From a virus, in the IMG/VR virus record IMGVR_UViG_3300032294_001228, positions 32,001 through 96,000 of that record: a DNA stretch of 64,000 nt, one strand, 5' to 3'. This document shows positions 1 to 11,801 of this stretch, one piece after another. The notes under the pieces were generated by a model. The model worked only from the letters and a program-made list of their open reading frames with translations, had not been told where the DNA came from and made no database searches. Made by a program: the position numbers and the translations under genes. Position 1 is the first letter of the stretch. Each line of letters starts with the position of its first letter.

Positions 1-2
1 AG

Positions 3-1924
<1,922 letters not shown>

Positions 1925-1950
1925 TTAACTACCCAGTTAATTCTACTAAA

Positions 1951-1977
1951 ATAGGGCCTACCTGGCCCTATTATTTT
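1951..1977 (+). terminator. Intrinsic terminator after groEL
   Basis: ATAGGGCC-tacct-GGCCCTAT hairpin followed by tatttt. Confidence 0.7.
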
Positions 1978-1989
1978 GACTATGGTTGT

Positions 1990-1996
1990 ATAAATA
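1990..1996 (+). promoter_or_regulatory. T4-like late promoter (TATAAATA)
   Basis: Exact TATAAATA about 35 nt upstream of the tail-fibre-like ATG at 2031. Confidence 0.7.
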
Positions 1997-2030
1997 CTAT
2001 ATCAATGCTATTATAGGGGAATATGGAACC

Positions 2031-3464
2031 ATGGCAAACACAAATTTCGTAGTACATAACGGTCTAACGGTTGGACCTCTAACAATCGACGCAACAACCG
2101 GAAACATAGTCACAACCGGTAGTATTTCTGGTGCTTTTATCGGAATATCATCTGATCAAATTAGTAATGGTGGGAGTAATGTAAGAGTCACAGCTGATTG
2201 GGTTAATGTAAGTGTCAAAGGGTCAAATGTATTATCAGTAGGTAGTTTGTTTACATCACTGAATGCAGGTTACTTAAACATAGGCGGTAACGTATTAGCT
2301 ACTACAGGTAGCTTTGGTGCAGTTAATTCAACTGGATTCATTAACACCACAGCCAATATTTCGGGTGCAGTAATTAATGCAGGAACATTAAATGCTACTG
2401 GAACTACAACTTTAGCTGCAGTTAATTCAACTGGATTTATCAATACCACAGCCAATATTTCGGGTGCAGTAATTAATGCAGGTAGTGTTCAGTCAGCTGG
2501 CATGCTAAGAGCAAATAGTACAGCGGCTGCTAGTTCAGCTACAACTGGTGCTATTGTCACTGCCGGCGGTATAGGAGTACTTAGGGACTCGGTATTTGGT
2601 GGTAACGTAACCATCGACGGTAATTTATTTGTTAATGGCAATACATCGGTGTTTAATACCAACAACGTAAACATTAACGATAGCATAATTTTCCTAGCAG
2701 ATAATAACACTGGTGATACTTTAGACATAGGTATCGTTAGCTCATTTACTAACCCAGGTTATCAACACACTGGGTTTGTACGCGATGCTACCGATGGTAT
2801 CTGGAAATTATTTGCTAACGTAGTGGCTGAACCAACTACCACAGTAGATTTCACTAATGCTACATATAGCCCGCTACGTATTGGCGCACTAACTTCTACT
2901 CAAGTTAACACTACAGGTAATGTGTTGGCCGCTGCAGGGGTGTTTAGTGGGCTAACAGTAAATGGTAACGTCACTGTTACCTCAGCTTACGTTATGCCTT
3001 CAGCTAATGCTGCATCAAGCATCGGAACTTCAGCATCGAGATGGAATTTCATTTTCGGGGTTAACGGTAACTTCTTAAGTGTTAATGCTAACTATGCTGA
3101 CTTGGCAGAAAAATATCTAGCTGATGCGGCGTACGAGCCAGGTACTGTATTGATGTTTGGTGGTGACCAAGAAGTAACAGAATGTACACATGACATGTGC
3201 CCACGTGTAGCTGGTGTTGTTTCTACTAATCCAGCTTACTTGATGAATCAAGGACTTGAAGGAGATCACACAGTAGAACTAGCACTTACAGGTCGAGTTC
3301 CAACTAAGGTCACAGGCACCGTACAGAAAGGTGATATGATGGTATCAGCAGGTAACGGTCGAGCACGTGCAGAAGCTAATCCACATGTTGGATCTGTAAT
3401 TGGTAAAGCCTTAGAAAATTCCGAAGGTGACGCAGTTATCGAAGTAGTCGTTGGTAAACATTAA
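2031..3464 (+). CDS. Tail fibre/spike-like virion protein with C-terminal ADLAEKY chaperone-like domain
   Basis: G/N/T/V-rich beta-repeat body; C-terminal YADLAEKY...GVVSTNPAYLMN...G.VIGKALE domain; start reassigned to ATG 2031 (GGGGA RBS). Confidence 0.7.
   Translation: MANTNFVVHNGLTVGPLTIDATTGNIVTTGSISGAFIGISSDQISNGGSNVRVTADWVNVSVKGSNVLSVGSLFTSLNAGYLNIGGNVLATTGSFGAVNSTGFINTTANISGAVINAGTLNATGTTTLAAVNSTGFINTTANISGAVINAGSVQSAGMLRANSTAAASSATTGAIVTAGGIGVLRDSVFGGNVTIDGNLFVNGNTSVFNTNNVNINDSIIFLADNNTGDTLDIGIVSSFTNPGYQHTGFVRDATDGIWKLFANVVAEPTTTVDFTNATYSPLRIGALTSTQVNTTGNVLAAAGVFSGLTVNGNVTVTSAYVMPSANAASSIGTSASRWNFIFGVNGNFLSVNANYADLAEKYLADAAYEPGTVLMFGGDQEVTECTHDMCPRVAGVVSTNPAYLMNQGLEGDHTVELALTGRVPTKVTGTVQKGDMMVSAGNGRARAEANPHVGSVIGKALENSEGDAVIEVVVGKH
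2318..2482 (+). repeat. Intragenic direct repeat, 2 x about 66 nt at 99-nt period
   Basis: 2318-2383 and 2417-2482 both encode AVNSTGFINTTANISGAVINAG. Confidence 0.9.
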
Positions 3465-3482
3465 TTTTACTTAATAAAAACT

Positions 3483-3507
3483 TAGGACCTTCGGGTCCTA
3501 TTTTTTT
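3483..3507 (+). terminator. Intrinsic terminator
   Basis: TAGGACC-ttcg-GGTCCTA followed by T7. Confidence 0.9.
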
Positions 3508-3508
3508 G

Positions 3509-3515
3509 ATAAATA
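3509..3515 (+). promoter_or_regulatory. Late promoter motif ATAAATA
   Basis: Immediately after terminator, 26 nt before ATG 3542. Confidence 0.65.
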
Positions 3516-3541
3516 CACTAAACCTTTATTAAGAGATATCA

Positions 3542-6343
3542 ATGTCATCATTGACCAAAGTTAAATTAAACAACATCGACACTAGTGTTACGTTTATTTA
3601 CGATCCACTTGTATTATTAAATTACGGCTCTACATTAGCCAATACTGATATTGGCTTTGTATTCAACCGAGACGGCGGCATATCATCTAACGTGGCTTTA
3701 TATTGGAATGAAACCACAGATAGAGTTACTATTGCATATACATCAGCATCTGGATTACCTAACAGTAATGTAACTATTACTAAAATGGCCAACGTGGCCG
3801 CTGATTGGTATTTTGGCAACCTAGCAGGCGGTACTACAAATACTGTTTGGGTTTCAGCCAACGTATTGCCCACAGCCAACGCATTTTATAATTTTGGTAG
3901 TCCCACACAGCGATGGAACGTGGGATACTTTGCTGCTACAACATTAGATCTAGGTGGTAGTCAAATTTCAGTAGATCCTACCAATGGATTTAAATTCACA
4001 GTTGGCAGTACCGGTACTCCTATATATCTGGCTTCAAATGGTGCTTTATCTGGTACTACATTATCTACATCGGGCACTATCTCAGCAGACGGTGCGATTA
4101 ACACCAAAGCCAATGTCTTAGCCAGCCAAGTATCAGCAGGTTCTATAGTAACTACAGGTGTAGTAAATGCTGGTGGTAATGTACTAGCAAGTACAGGTAT
4201 ATTCAATTTATTAGATGTTAACGGTAACGTTGAAATAGGTAGTGTGGGCACACCTGGTGCTGGCCATAGTATTATTGGCAACATAGTGCAATCGGGTGCA
4301 GGTACAATATTTTTTAATACCCCCGGCAATATCTTAGCACAAACAGCCAACGTAGGTCAAATTGGTGTTGTAAATAACCTGGTAGTTGGACAATCAACCT
4401 TCGTTGGTGAATTGTTTGTTACTACACGTGCAGGTGATGAGGGCGGACAACTTAACCTTGCTCCTGCTGTGACTAATAATACCTTAGTCGGCAATGTTGT
4501 AATTGATGTATTTCAAAATCGTTTGAGAATTTTTGAAAGTGGTGGCACTAATCGAGGTGGATACTTTGATATTTCCAGTCTTGCTACCAGTGCGGGTACA
4601 AATTTTGGCGCCGGCGGTGGCGGTGGTGGCAGCAATTATGGCAATGCTAACGTAGCACAATACTTGCCTACATACACAGGTACCATTGGTGCTAGTTTAA
4701 TCAATTCAACTGGTAACATATTGGCCACTGGTGCTGTATTAAATGCACTAACAGTCAACGGTAATGAATCAGTTACCGGTTTCTTGAATGTAACTGGTAA
4801 CATTATTGCTCTTACTGCTGATGTAGGCGGCATAGAAGCGACTGGTGTAATTTACGCCAACAGTACAATACAGTCAAGTACAATTACCAATGGTGCTTTG
4901 GTAGTTGCAGGAGGGGTAGGAATATCCAGAGATGTACATATTGGTGGAAATCTAACTGTCAATGGTAATGTGTTTGTCAATGGTAACACTGTCACTATTA
5001 ATGCCAATAATTTGACCATCAATGACGGCATGATTTTTCTAGCAGAGGACAACCCTGCTGATACTATAGACCTTGGTTTTATAGGTCATTATACCAGTCC
5101 CACATTACTACACGCTGGATTCGTCCGTGATGCCACTGATGGCGTTTGGAAACTATTCACTAATGTAGCACCAAATCCAACTACTACAGTTGATTTCACT
5201 AATGCTATCTATAGTCCACTATATCTAGGATCTCTAACAGCAGTCGGTAACGTATTGTCTACAGGTCTGAGAGTATTTGGTAATACTAGTATTGGTCTAG
5301 CTGGTGCTGTTAGCGGTCAATTCCATACAGTAGTAGGTAATATCACACAAACATCAAGTGGTGGTGCGGTTTATATCAACACCACAGGTAACGTGTTAGC
5401 AACTGCTGGTGTATTTAATGGTTTAACTGTTAATGGTGGTATCACATCAACTGGATTTATCAACACAAGTGGTAACGTAAGCGGAGCCGTGGTCAATGCA
5501 GGTGTAGTTAACTCAACTGGTAATGTCCTAGCTACCACTGGTAGATTTAACAACGTCACCGTCAATACAGGCAACATCAATGCAGTTGGTGGGTTTTTCG
5601 TAGGTAATGGGTTTTTCCTAACTGGTATAGTATCAGGTGGAGGTGGTGGTGGTGGCTTTGTTTATACTGTTAGTGCTAGCCCTCCTGTAACATCAAATGC
5701 AGGTGACGTATGGTATGATTCTGGTACTGATACTCTTTTCCAACGTATCAACGACGGTACTAACACTGTTTGGGTAGACGTTGCAGGTCTTCCATTAAAT
5801 ATTAACACAGTAGTTCAAGGCACTAGCCTAAGTGTTACAGGTGCTGGTACTGTGTTAGGTAATTTAAGCACAGGAAATGTGATACCAGTAACCAGCAATG
5901 TTTTTTCGTTAGGATCAAGTAGTAATTGGTATAGCAGAATCTGGGGCCAGGCAGTTAATGCTCTTTATGCTGACTTGGCAGAAAAATATTCCGGAGATGC
6001 TGACTATGATTCAGGTACCGTGGTTATTTTTGGTGGCATCGCAGAAGTCACAAAATCAGTTAATTCTCATGATCCAGCTATAGCTGGTGTTGTTTCTACT
6101 AATCCAGCTTATCTAATGAATTCTAATCAAGAAGGGATAAGCGTGGCACTGACCGGAAGAGTGCCCTGCTGGGTCAAAGGTCCAATAAATAAAGGTGATC
6201 GTGTAGTTTCTAGTGACATTCCTGGTGTAGGTGAAAAATTAAATCTTGACAAATATCAACCAGGCTGTATTATAGGTAAAAGTTTAGAATCATTGAATAA
6301 TGATGAAATTAAAAAAATTGAAGTTGTTGTAGGAAGAATATAA
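3542..6343 (+). CDS. Long tail fibre-like protein, paralogue of 2031-3464
   Basis: Shares GFVRDATDG.WKLF module and YADLAEKY C-terminal domain; Gly linkers; AGDVWYDS motif. Confidence 0.7.
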   Translation: MSSLTKVKLNNIDTSVTFIYDPLVLLNYGSTLANTDIGFVFNRDGGISSNVALYWNETTDRVTIAYTSASGLPNSNVTITKMANVAADWYFGNLAGGTTNTVWVSANVLPTANAFYNFGSPTQRWNVGYFAATTLDLGGSQISVDPTNGFKFTVGSTGTPIYLASNGALSGTTLSTSGTISADGAINTKANVLASQVSAGSIVTTGVVNAGGNVLASTGIFNLLDVNGNVEIGSVGTPGAGHSIIGNIVQSGAGTIFFNTPGNILAQTANVGQIGVVNNLVVGQSTFVGELFVTTRAGDEGGQLNLAPAVTNNTLVGNVVIDVFQNRLRIFESGGTNRGGYFDISSLATSAGTNFGAGGGGGGSNYGNANVAQYLPTYTGTIGASLINSTGNILATGAVLNALTVNGNESVTGFLNVTGNIIALTADVGGIEATGVIYANSTIQSSTITNGALVVAGGVGISRDVHIGGNLTVNGNVFVNGNTVTINANNLTINDGMIFLAEDNPADTIDLGFIGHYTSPTLLHAGFVRDATDGVWKLFTNVAPNPTTTVDFTNAIYSPLYLGSLTAVGNVLSTGLRVFGNTSIGLAGAVSGQFHTVVGNITQTSSGGAVYINTTGNVLATAGVFNGLTVNGGITSTGFINTSGNVSGAVVNAGVVNSTGNVLATTGRFNNVTVNTGNINAVGGFFVGNGFFLTGIVSGGGGGGGFVYTVSASPPVTSNAGDVWYDSGTDTLFQRINDGTNTVWVDVAGLPLNINTVVQGTSLSVTGAGTVLGNLSTGNVIPVTSNVFSLGSSSNWYSRIWGQAVNALYADLAEKYSGDADYDSGTVVIFGGIAEVTKSVNSHDPAIAGVVSTNPAYLMNSNQEGISVALTGRVPCWVKGPINKGDRVVSSDIPGVGEKLNLDKYQPGCIIGKSLESLNNDEIKKIEVVVGRI

Positions 6344-6346
6344 TAT

Positions 6347-7078
6347 ATGGCATTTCCAAGTGGTCCTAGTAATGGGCAAGTCGCTACTGTAGGTGGTATA
6401 ACCTATATTTACAACAGTACCAAAGGTGCTTGGGTAAGAACTACTAGTAGCGGCACCAATCTTACCGCTAATAGTATTAACATTGGTTCAGGTGCTACGA
6501 GTACAACAACCACAACAGGTGCAGTGATAGTTACTGGTGGTGTAGGAGTTGGCGGTAACATAAATGCCGGTGGTACTGTCACAGCTGCTACACTAGTGGG
6601 TAATTTTACAGGCAGTATTTCATCAAGTCAGGTTACTACTGCATTAGGATATACTCCTCTTAGTGCTGTTCCAAATGCTAGTACACAAGTATCAAGTCTG
6701 GGTGTAGGTACAGCCGCAAGTGGAACCACAGGTGAGATACGTGCCACTAATAATATCACAGCCTACTTTGCATCTGATGCTAGATTTAAAGAAAACATAC
6801 AAGAAGTAGACAATGCATTAGATAAGGTATGCGCCATTGGATCTAAAACCTTTGATTGGTCTGAGGAATACATAAAGGCACACGGTGGCACTGACGGCTA
6901 CTTTGTACAAAAATCGGACTTTGGGGTCGTGGCGCAAGATGTGCAAGCAGTGTTTCCACAGGCAGTAAGAGTTAGGGTAGATGGCACTCTGGCTGTAGAT
7001 TATGAAAAATTAGCCACACTTGCTTTTGGAGCGATTAAAGAATTAGTAAAACGTATTGAACTATTGGAATCAAAATAA
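6347..7078 (+). CDS. Tail fibre protein with peptidase S74-type intramolecular chaperone
   Basis: SDARFKENI...GVVAQDVQAVFP.AV...VDYEKL...AIKEL C-terminus; MAFPSGPSNGQ N-terminus. Confidence 0.8.
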   Translation: MAFPSGPSNGQVATVGGITYIYNSTKGAWVRTTSSGTNLTANSINIGSGATSTTTTTGAVIVTGGVGVGGNINAGGTVTAATLVGNFTGSISSSQVTTALGYTPLSAVPNASTQVSSLGVGTAASGTTGEIRATNNITAYFASDARFKENIQEVDNALDKVCAIGSKTFDWSEEYIKAHGGTDGYFVQKSDFGVVAQDVQAVFPQAVRVRVDGTLAVDYEKLATLAFGAIKELVKRIELLESK

Positions 7079-8121
7079 TGGCAACAGAGACCAGTGGAGA
7101 AATTGGCATAGTCAATGCAACTGCTAGTCGAAATCTCAGTGTTCAGATTGGCATAGCTAATGGTACTCAAATTGATTTAAACAATGCTGACCTTCGAACC
7201 TTAGCTGGAATACCAACTTTGGGCGCGGTTATAAGTTTTAGTTCATTCTACAGCAAACCGGCAGTTGGACAAAATGAATATACAACTCCAGGTACATATT
7301 CCTGGGTAGCCCCTGTTGGTGTAACCGCAGTGTCTGTTGTTTGCGTTGGTGGCGGTGGTGGCCCTAACGCCAACTCTAGCGGTGCATCGGCTGGTGGCGG
7401 AGGTGGCCTTGGTTGGAGGAATAATATTGCAGTAACCCCTAAAGTGGGATATACCGTAACAGTTGGCAGTGGTGGTACAAGAGCAACATCGGGCACAGCT
7501 GGAGCAGGTGGTGATAGTTTTTTCATAAACACTTCAACAGTCAGAGGCGGTGGCGGAGGTGGTGGTACATCAGCCAGCAATACTGGCGGAGCTGGTGGAA
7601 CGTTTACTGGTGACGGTGGTGGTAATGGTGGTAATGGTGGCGGTCGAAATGGGTCGACTGCACAAGCTGGTGGCGGTGGCGGTGCAGGTGGTTACGCTGG
7701 TGCAGGTGGTAATGGTAGTGACGGTACAAATAATGGTACCGGCAGTGCGGGTTCAGGTGGCGGTGGCGGTGGTGGAGGTGGTTGCGGTACATCAGACACT
7801 GGTGGTTCAGGTGGTGGTGTTGGACTGTTAGGTCAAGGTAGTAACGGTGCAAAAGGGGCATCAACTACCGCAGATGGTCGCGGAGGATTCGGTGGGTCAG
7901 GTGGTAGCAATGCCAGCCTGGCCAGTACTTCTACCACAGCAGAGAACATATACGGCACTGGATCTCCATCAACCCCGGGAGCTTTTGGCGGCGGAGGTTC
8001 AGGATCTGATAACCCCGGTACAGCTGAACAATCCAACGGAGCCGGCGGTGCTGTGAGAATTATTTGGGGTAATGCAACCACTAGCAGATCTTTCCCTTCA
8101 ACTAATACAGGAAATTTATAA
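7078..8121 (+). CDS. Glycine-rich virion/tail-tip protein
   Basis: TPGTYSWVAPVGVTAVSVVCVGGGGG...GAGGAVRIIWG glycine-rich phage domain. Confidence 0.65.
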   Translation: MATETSGEIGIVNATASRNLSVQIGIANGTQIDLNNADLRTLAGIPTLGAVISFSSFYSKPAVGQNEYTTPGTYSWVAPVGVTAVSVVCVGGGGGPNANSSGASAGGGGGLGWRNNIAVTPKVGYTVTVGSGGTRATSGTAGAGGDSFFINTSTVRGGGGGGGTSASNTGGAGGTFTGDGGGNGGNGGGRNGSTAQAGGGGGAGGYAGAGGNGSDGTNNGTGSAGSGGGGGGGGGCGTSDTGGSGGGVGLLGQGSNGAKGASTTADGRGGFGGSGGSNASLASTSTTAENIYGTGSPSTPGAFGGGGSGSDNPGTAEQSNGAGGAVRIIWGNATTSRSFPSTNTGNL

Positions 8122-8381
8122 TGGAAAATTTATGGATTGAAATTGTTAACGGTCAACCGGTTAATCATCCCTATTTAGAGTCAAATTTACTTGCGGGATA
8201 TCCTGAGTGGAATGGTGTTATTCCTACAGATCGATTCGCTCCATTTGTTCGAATCGAACCACCAGCAGATAAAATTGTGACTCGAGTAGAATATCAATTA
8301 GTCAACGGTGTTTGGACTGATGTATTTGAGTGTATCGATATACCAACTGTAGACTCGGAATCTAATTCGGATGATGTTTAA
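8121..8381 (+). CDS. Hypothetical protein (possible fibre assembly factor)
   Basis: Translationally coupled (TAATG) to the Gly-rich gene. Confidence 0.55.
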   Translation: MENLWIEIVNGQPVNHPYLESNLLAGYPEWNGVIPTDRFAPFVRIEPPADKIVTRVEYQLVNGVWTDVFECIDIPTVDSESNSDDV

Positions 8382-8409
8382 TTTTAAACATTAATCTTGC
8401 AAATTTTGC

Positions 8410-8438
8410 TTGACAAGTTAACCAAATGGCTGTATAAT
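8410..8438 (+). promoter_or_regulatory. Sigma70-type (early) promoter
   Basis: TTGACA-17 nt-TATAAT, perfect consensus. Confidence 0.9.
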
Positions 8439-8469
8439 ACGCTTATAAACTAATAAGAAAGGCGTATTT

Positions 8470-8844
8470 TTGGAACAAGTTACAGTTAGAACACGCTTGT
8501 ATCAACCCAGTTATCACCGCGCAGATGCATACTGCGAACACGAAATTACAGGTGAAATCCTTAATACAATCAAATGGTTACAACCTGATGAAATAGCCAT
8601 CTCTAACCCCCAACACCCAAACGGATTCAGCATCTTACATAAGAAAAACATTTTATGGATCAAAGACTTACAAGGCCGTAAATCCACAGTTAAAATTGAC
8701 TCGGACTATAAGCAGTGGACTGTCCGAGGATCAAAAGGTAATGAATATCTTGTGATTCGCCAAAAAGGTCAGTATAATTGCTCGTGTCCAGGTTTCACAT
8801 ATCGTAAATCATGTCGTCATATCACAGAGGTAACCAATGAATAG
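8470..8844 (+). CDS. SWIM zinc-finger protein
   Basis: V.GSKGN.Y.V...CSCPGF....CRH. Confidence 0.75.
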   Translation: MEQVTVRTRLYQPSYHRADAYCEHEITGEILNTIKWLQPDEIAISNPQHPNGFSILHKKNILWIKDLQGRKSTVKIDSDYKQWTVRGSKGNEYLVIRQKGQYNCSCPGFTYRKSCRHITEVTNE

Positions 8845-10156
8845 TCCATGGCAGGTAATTAGTGCCTTAGAAACACACAATCTCCGCACAGACAAAGAAC
8901 AGATAATTCAAGCACAAGTTCTAGCAAAAAATTCAGAATTTTTTGAAGGATGTTGCCTTGCTTTAGATAGTATGGTTACATTTGGGGTCAAAGCTGTTTC
9001 AGAATCAACTGTAGATGGTACAGGTCTTAGCTGGATAGGATTTAAACAGCTAGCAGATGCACTTGCAAGCCGTCAACTTACAGGTAATGATGCGCAAACT
9101 GCTATCGCCCATGCACGTATGCGAGCAACTAAAGAGCAATGGAACTTGTGGTATCGCCGTATTTTAATTAAAGATCTACGCTGTGGGGTAAGCGAAAAAA
9201 CCATCAACAAAGTAGCGGAGAAAAATAATGCTAAAGATTACGCTATTCCTGTTTTTACTTGCCAACTTGCTCACGATAGTGCAAATCATGAATCCAAAGT
9301 CGCAGGCGAAAAACTTATCGAAATCAAGCTCGACGGAGTGCGTGTTATTGCTATTGTTTACCCAAATGGGGCTGTTAGTCTTTTTAGCCGTAATGGTAAA
9401 CAATTGGACAACTTTCCATTAGTTGAGCGACAATTAAGTCGACATGCTCATATGTTTGCTGAACCTGTGGTACTGGATGGCGAGATTATGTCGGCAAGTT
9501 TTCAAGATCTAATGAAACAAGTACATCGAAAAAGTAACTTGCAAAGTACAGACGCTGTACTAAACTTGTTTGATATAATCACCCTGGCAGAATTTCAATC
9601 TGGGCGAGGACAACATCGACAAATTGATCGTAGTGTCACTTTGGCAGCTTGGTACAATGAAGTTAGTGCTCATATGCCTAATGTAACCATAGTAGGACAA
9701 GAACTAATTGATCTAGGTAATGTCGCAGGACAAGCACGGTTTAAACAAATTAATCAAGAGGCCATTGATGGCGGGTACGAAGGCATCATGATTAAAGATC
9801 CTAGCGCAGTATATGAGTGTAAGCGTAGTGTGGCATGGCTTAAACTCAAACCATTTATTGAAGTCAGCCTTAAGGTAGTAGCAGTAGAAGAAGGTACAGG
9901 ACGTAATGTGGGTAAACTAGGCGCACTTATTTGTGAAGGAGTAGATGATGGAAAATTTATTAAGGTCAATGTCGGTAGTGGCTTTACTGATAGTGATCGC
10001 GACGCTTATTGGCAAAGTCGCCAAGATATCATCGGACACACGGTTGAAGTCCGAGCAGACGCGGCAACTCAAAGCCAGGATTCGGAGGGGACGTGGAGTT
10101 TAAGATTCCCAAGATTCTTACGTTTCCGTGGATTCGACGCAGGCGAGAAGCTATGA
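8837..10156 (+). CDS. ATP-dependent DNA ligase
   Basis: Motif I KLDGVR, LDGE, EGIMIK, WLKLK, SLRFPRF. Confidence 0.95.
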   Translation: MNSPWQVISALETHNLRTDKEQIIQAQVLAKNSEFFEGCCLALDSMVTFGVKAVSESTVDGTGLSWIGFKQLADALASRQLTGNDAQTAIAHARMRATKEQWNLWYRRILIKDLRCGVSEKTINKVAEKNNAKDYAIPVFTCQLAHDSANHESKVAGEKLIEIKLDGVRVIAIVYPNGAVSLFSRNGKQLDNFPLVERQLSRHAHMFAEPVVLDGEIMSASFQDLMKQVHRKSNLQSTDAVLNLFDIITLAEFQSGRGQHRQIDRSVTLAAWYNEVSAHMPNVTIVGQELIDLGNVAGQARFKQINQEAIDGGYEGIMIKDPSAVYECKRSVAWLKLKPFIEVSLKVVAVEEGTGRNVGKLGALICEGVDDGKFIKVNVGSGFTDSDRDAYWQSRQDIIGHTVEVRADAATQSQDSEGTWSLRFPRFLRFRGFDAGEKL

Positions 10157-10419
10157 TCGAAGAATTAAAACAACTGTCGACCAAAGAAGTCATGACCATG
10201 ATAGAAGGTAGCATTAAAGCCATAGTTGACAATCCTGATTATTTTTATAATAGTAATGTTGGTCCACAATATAGCAAACTAACACCCAAGGGTTGTGACA
10301 TGGTATTAAAGTCAATGACTGCCCTACTACCTTTGCTGGCACAGGCCAAGGAACGTGACTTAGATGCTCGTGCGAAATCAATAACTTGGAATTCATTAAA
10401 GGAGGAAGACATACAGTGA
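10153..10419 (+). CDS. Hypothetical protein
   Basis: ATGA overlap with ligase stop; start reassigned to 10153. Confidence 0.6.
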   Translation: MIEELKQLSTKEVMTMIEGSIKAIVDNPDYFYNSNVGPQYSKLTPKGCDMVLKSMTALLPLLAQAKERDLDARAKSITWNSLKEEDIQ

Positions 10420-10709
10420 CAGACAGGCAAACATCATGGATGTTATTTGGCTTTGCTATGATAGTTAGTTTTATATTCCTATCAGTGCTGATTAAAGTAA
10501 ATTATGATTTGGATCAAGCTCGACGTGCCAATGACAGCCTACAACATCAAATTGATCAGCTGAAAAAAGCGGACGATGAGCAACGCCAAAAGATCGCTGA
10601 GTTAACCAAATCCACCCAAACTATCGCACGTGATATCGATGTTACCCAAGACTTACAACGTAAACAAGCCCAAATCATGGTAGATTTGAAAAAGGGTCGT
10701 AAGAAATAA
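10416..10709 (+). CDS. Membrane-anchored coiled-coil protein
   Basis: N-terminal hydrophobic helix then heptad pattern; GTGA overlap with the upstream stop, GGAGG RBS. Confidence 0.6.
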   Translation: MTDRQTSWMLFGFAMIVSFIFLSVLIKVNYDLDQARRANDSLQHQIDQLKKADDEQRQKIAELTKSTQTIARDIDVTQDLQRKQAQIMVDLKKGRKK

Positions 10710-10727
10710 TTTTGGTTAAATTCCAGG

Positions 10728-10756
10728 TTGCACAATTTTTAAACAGAGTGTATTAT
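10728..10756 (+). promoter_or_regulatory. Sigma70-type promoter
   Basis: TTGCAC-17 nt-TATTAT. Confidence 0.55.
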
Positions 10757-10843
10757 TACTATAACGCTGATGGGTTGTCAGCTTTTTATGAAAGGGCAGA
10801 AATGTCTATTTTAAGTTTATTTTCAAAAACGGAGAAACTAGTA

Positions 10844-11104
10844 ATGGCAAAACGTAAATCAACAAACTTAGTTAAGGTTAAAAACCAAGTATCATTCTTA
10901 GAAAGATATCTTCGTGGTACAAACAGAACATTGTCTGTAGCACAAGCTCAAGCTAACTATGGTATCGCTAAATTAACAGCTCGTATCTCAGAAATGCGTG
11001 CGGCTGGTTTAAATGTAAAAACTATCACTAATTCAAGTGGTAACACAGCATATAAAATCTCTGCTCGTGACTTTACAGGTTCACGTGCTAAGATGTTCAA
11101 CTAA
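10844..11104 (+). CDS. Small basic winged-HTH-like DNA-binding protein
   Basis: LSVAQAQANYGIAKLTARISEMRAAGLNV pattern; GGAG RBS; strongly biased codons. Confidence 0.6.
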   Translation: MAKRKSTNLVKVKNQVSFLERYLRGTNRTLSVAQAQANYGIAKLTARISEMRAAGLNVKTITNSSGNTAYKISARDFTGSRAKMFN

Positions 11105-11125
11105 TAGCTTAGGCTGCGCCAGGCA

Positions 11126-11158
11126 CAAAAAAGCCCCTTAATTGGGGCTTTTTTATTT
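11126..11158 (+). terminator. Intrinsic (probably bidirectional) terminator
   Basis: A-run, GCCCC-ttaatt-GGGGC, T-run. Confidence 0.85.
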
Positions 11159-11162
11159 CAAG

Positions 11163-11191
11163 TTGACAATCCTGGCTATTTGTAGTATAAT
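11163..11191 (+). promoter_or_regulatory. Sigma70-type promoter
   Basis: TTGACA-17 nt-TATAAT. Confidence 0.9.
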
Positions 11192-11216
11192 ATACGGTCC
11201 TATTAGGAGTAAAAAC

Positions 11217-11801
11217 ATGATACATCGTTTTCGTTGGTACTTGATAATAAGTTTTATTACCACAGTCAGTTATTTACAATATGATAACATAAATTATAAT
11301 CGTCCGCATCAAGAATTATTAGATAATTTTAATTTGATTACGCCAACGATAGCGAAATCTAATAAGGATTTTTTAGAATTAGATAGAAAACCAATTTTAT
11401 ATAACAGCCGAGATCTTAGGTGCCTAGCACAGAACATATTTTTTGAAGCCGGAACAGAAAGTATGTTGGGCAAGATCGCAGTTGGGCAGGTCACTGTTAA
11501 TAGGGTTAAAATTGGACATTGGGGTGAAACAGTTTGTGAAGTAGTAAATTCCAAAGGTCAATTTAGTTGGACTGATAGAGATGATTTATCTATTGACAAG
11601 GACAGTAAAAATTATAAGGACAGCGTATGGGCAGCCAAAAAAGTGTTACAAGAACGCAAGCGCCTGCGTATTTTAAGATCCGCACTGTTTTATCATGCTG
11701 ATTATGTCCAACCAAAATGGGCAGATAAAACTCAAAAAATTACTAAAATCGACAAACATATATTTTATAATGGAGCCAAAGGTAGTTCACTAAGTCTATG
11801 A
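11217..11801 (+). CDS. SleB/CwlJ-like cell wall hydrolase
   Basis: CLAQNIFFEA..E...GKIAVGQVTVNRV...QFSW...FYHADYVQPKW...HIFY; start reassigned (AGGAG RBS). Confidence 0.9.
   Translation: MIHRFRWYLIISFITTVSYLQYDNINYNRPHQELLDNFNLITPTIAKSNKDFLELDRKPILYNSRDLRCLAQNIFFEAGTESMLGKIAVGQVTVNRVKIGHWGETVCEVVNSKGQFSWTDRDDLSIDKDSKNYKDSVWAAKKVLQERKRLRILRSALFYHADYVQPKWADKTQKITKIDKHIFYNGAKGSSLSL

Noticed and set aside
2318-2482. Direct repeat as a possible CRISPR or DGR template/variable repeat
   Set aside because: Only two copies, in frame inside a CDS; the differences are synonymous C/T rather than adenine-specific; no reverse transcriptase or cas gene in the window.
7248-8081. Pro/His-rich and Val-rich alternative-frame ORFs over the Gly-rich gene (also 49300-49704)
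   Set aside because: Shadows of GGT/GGC glycine codon runs; no RBS or independent evidence.
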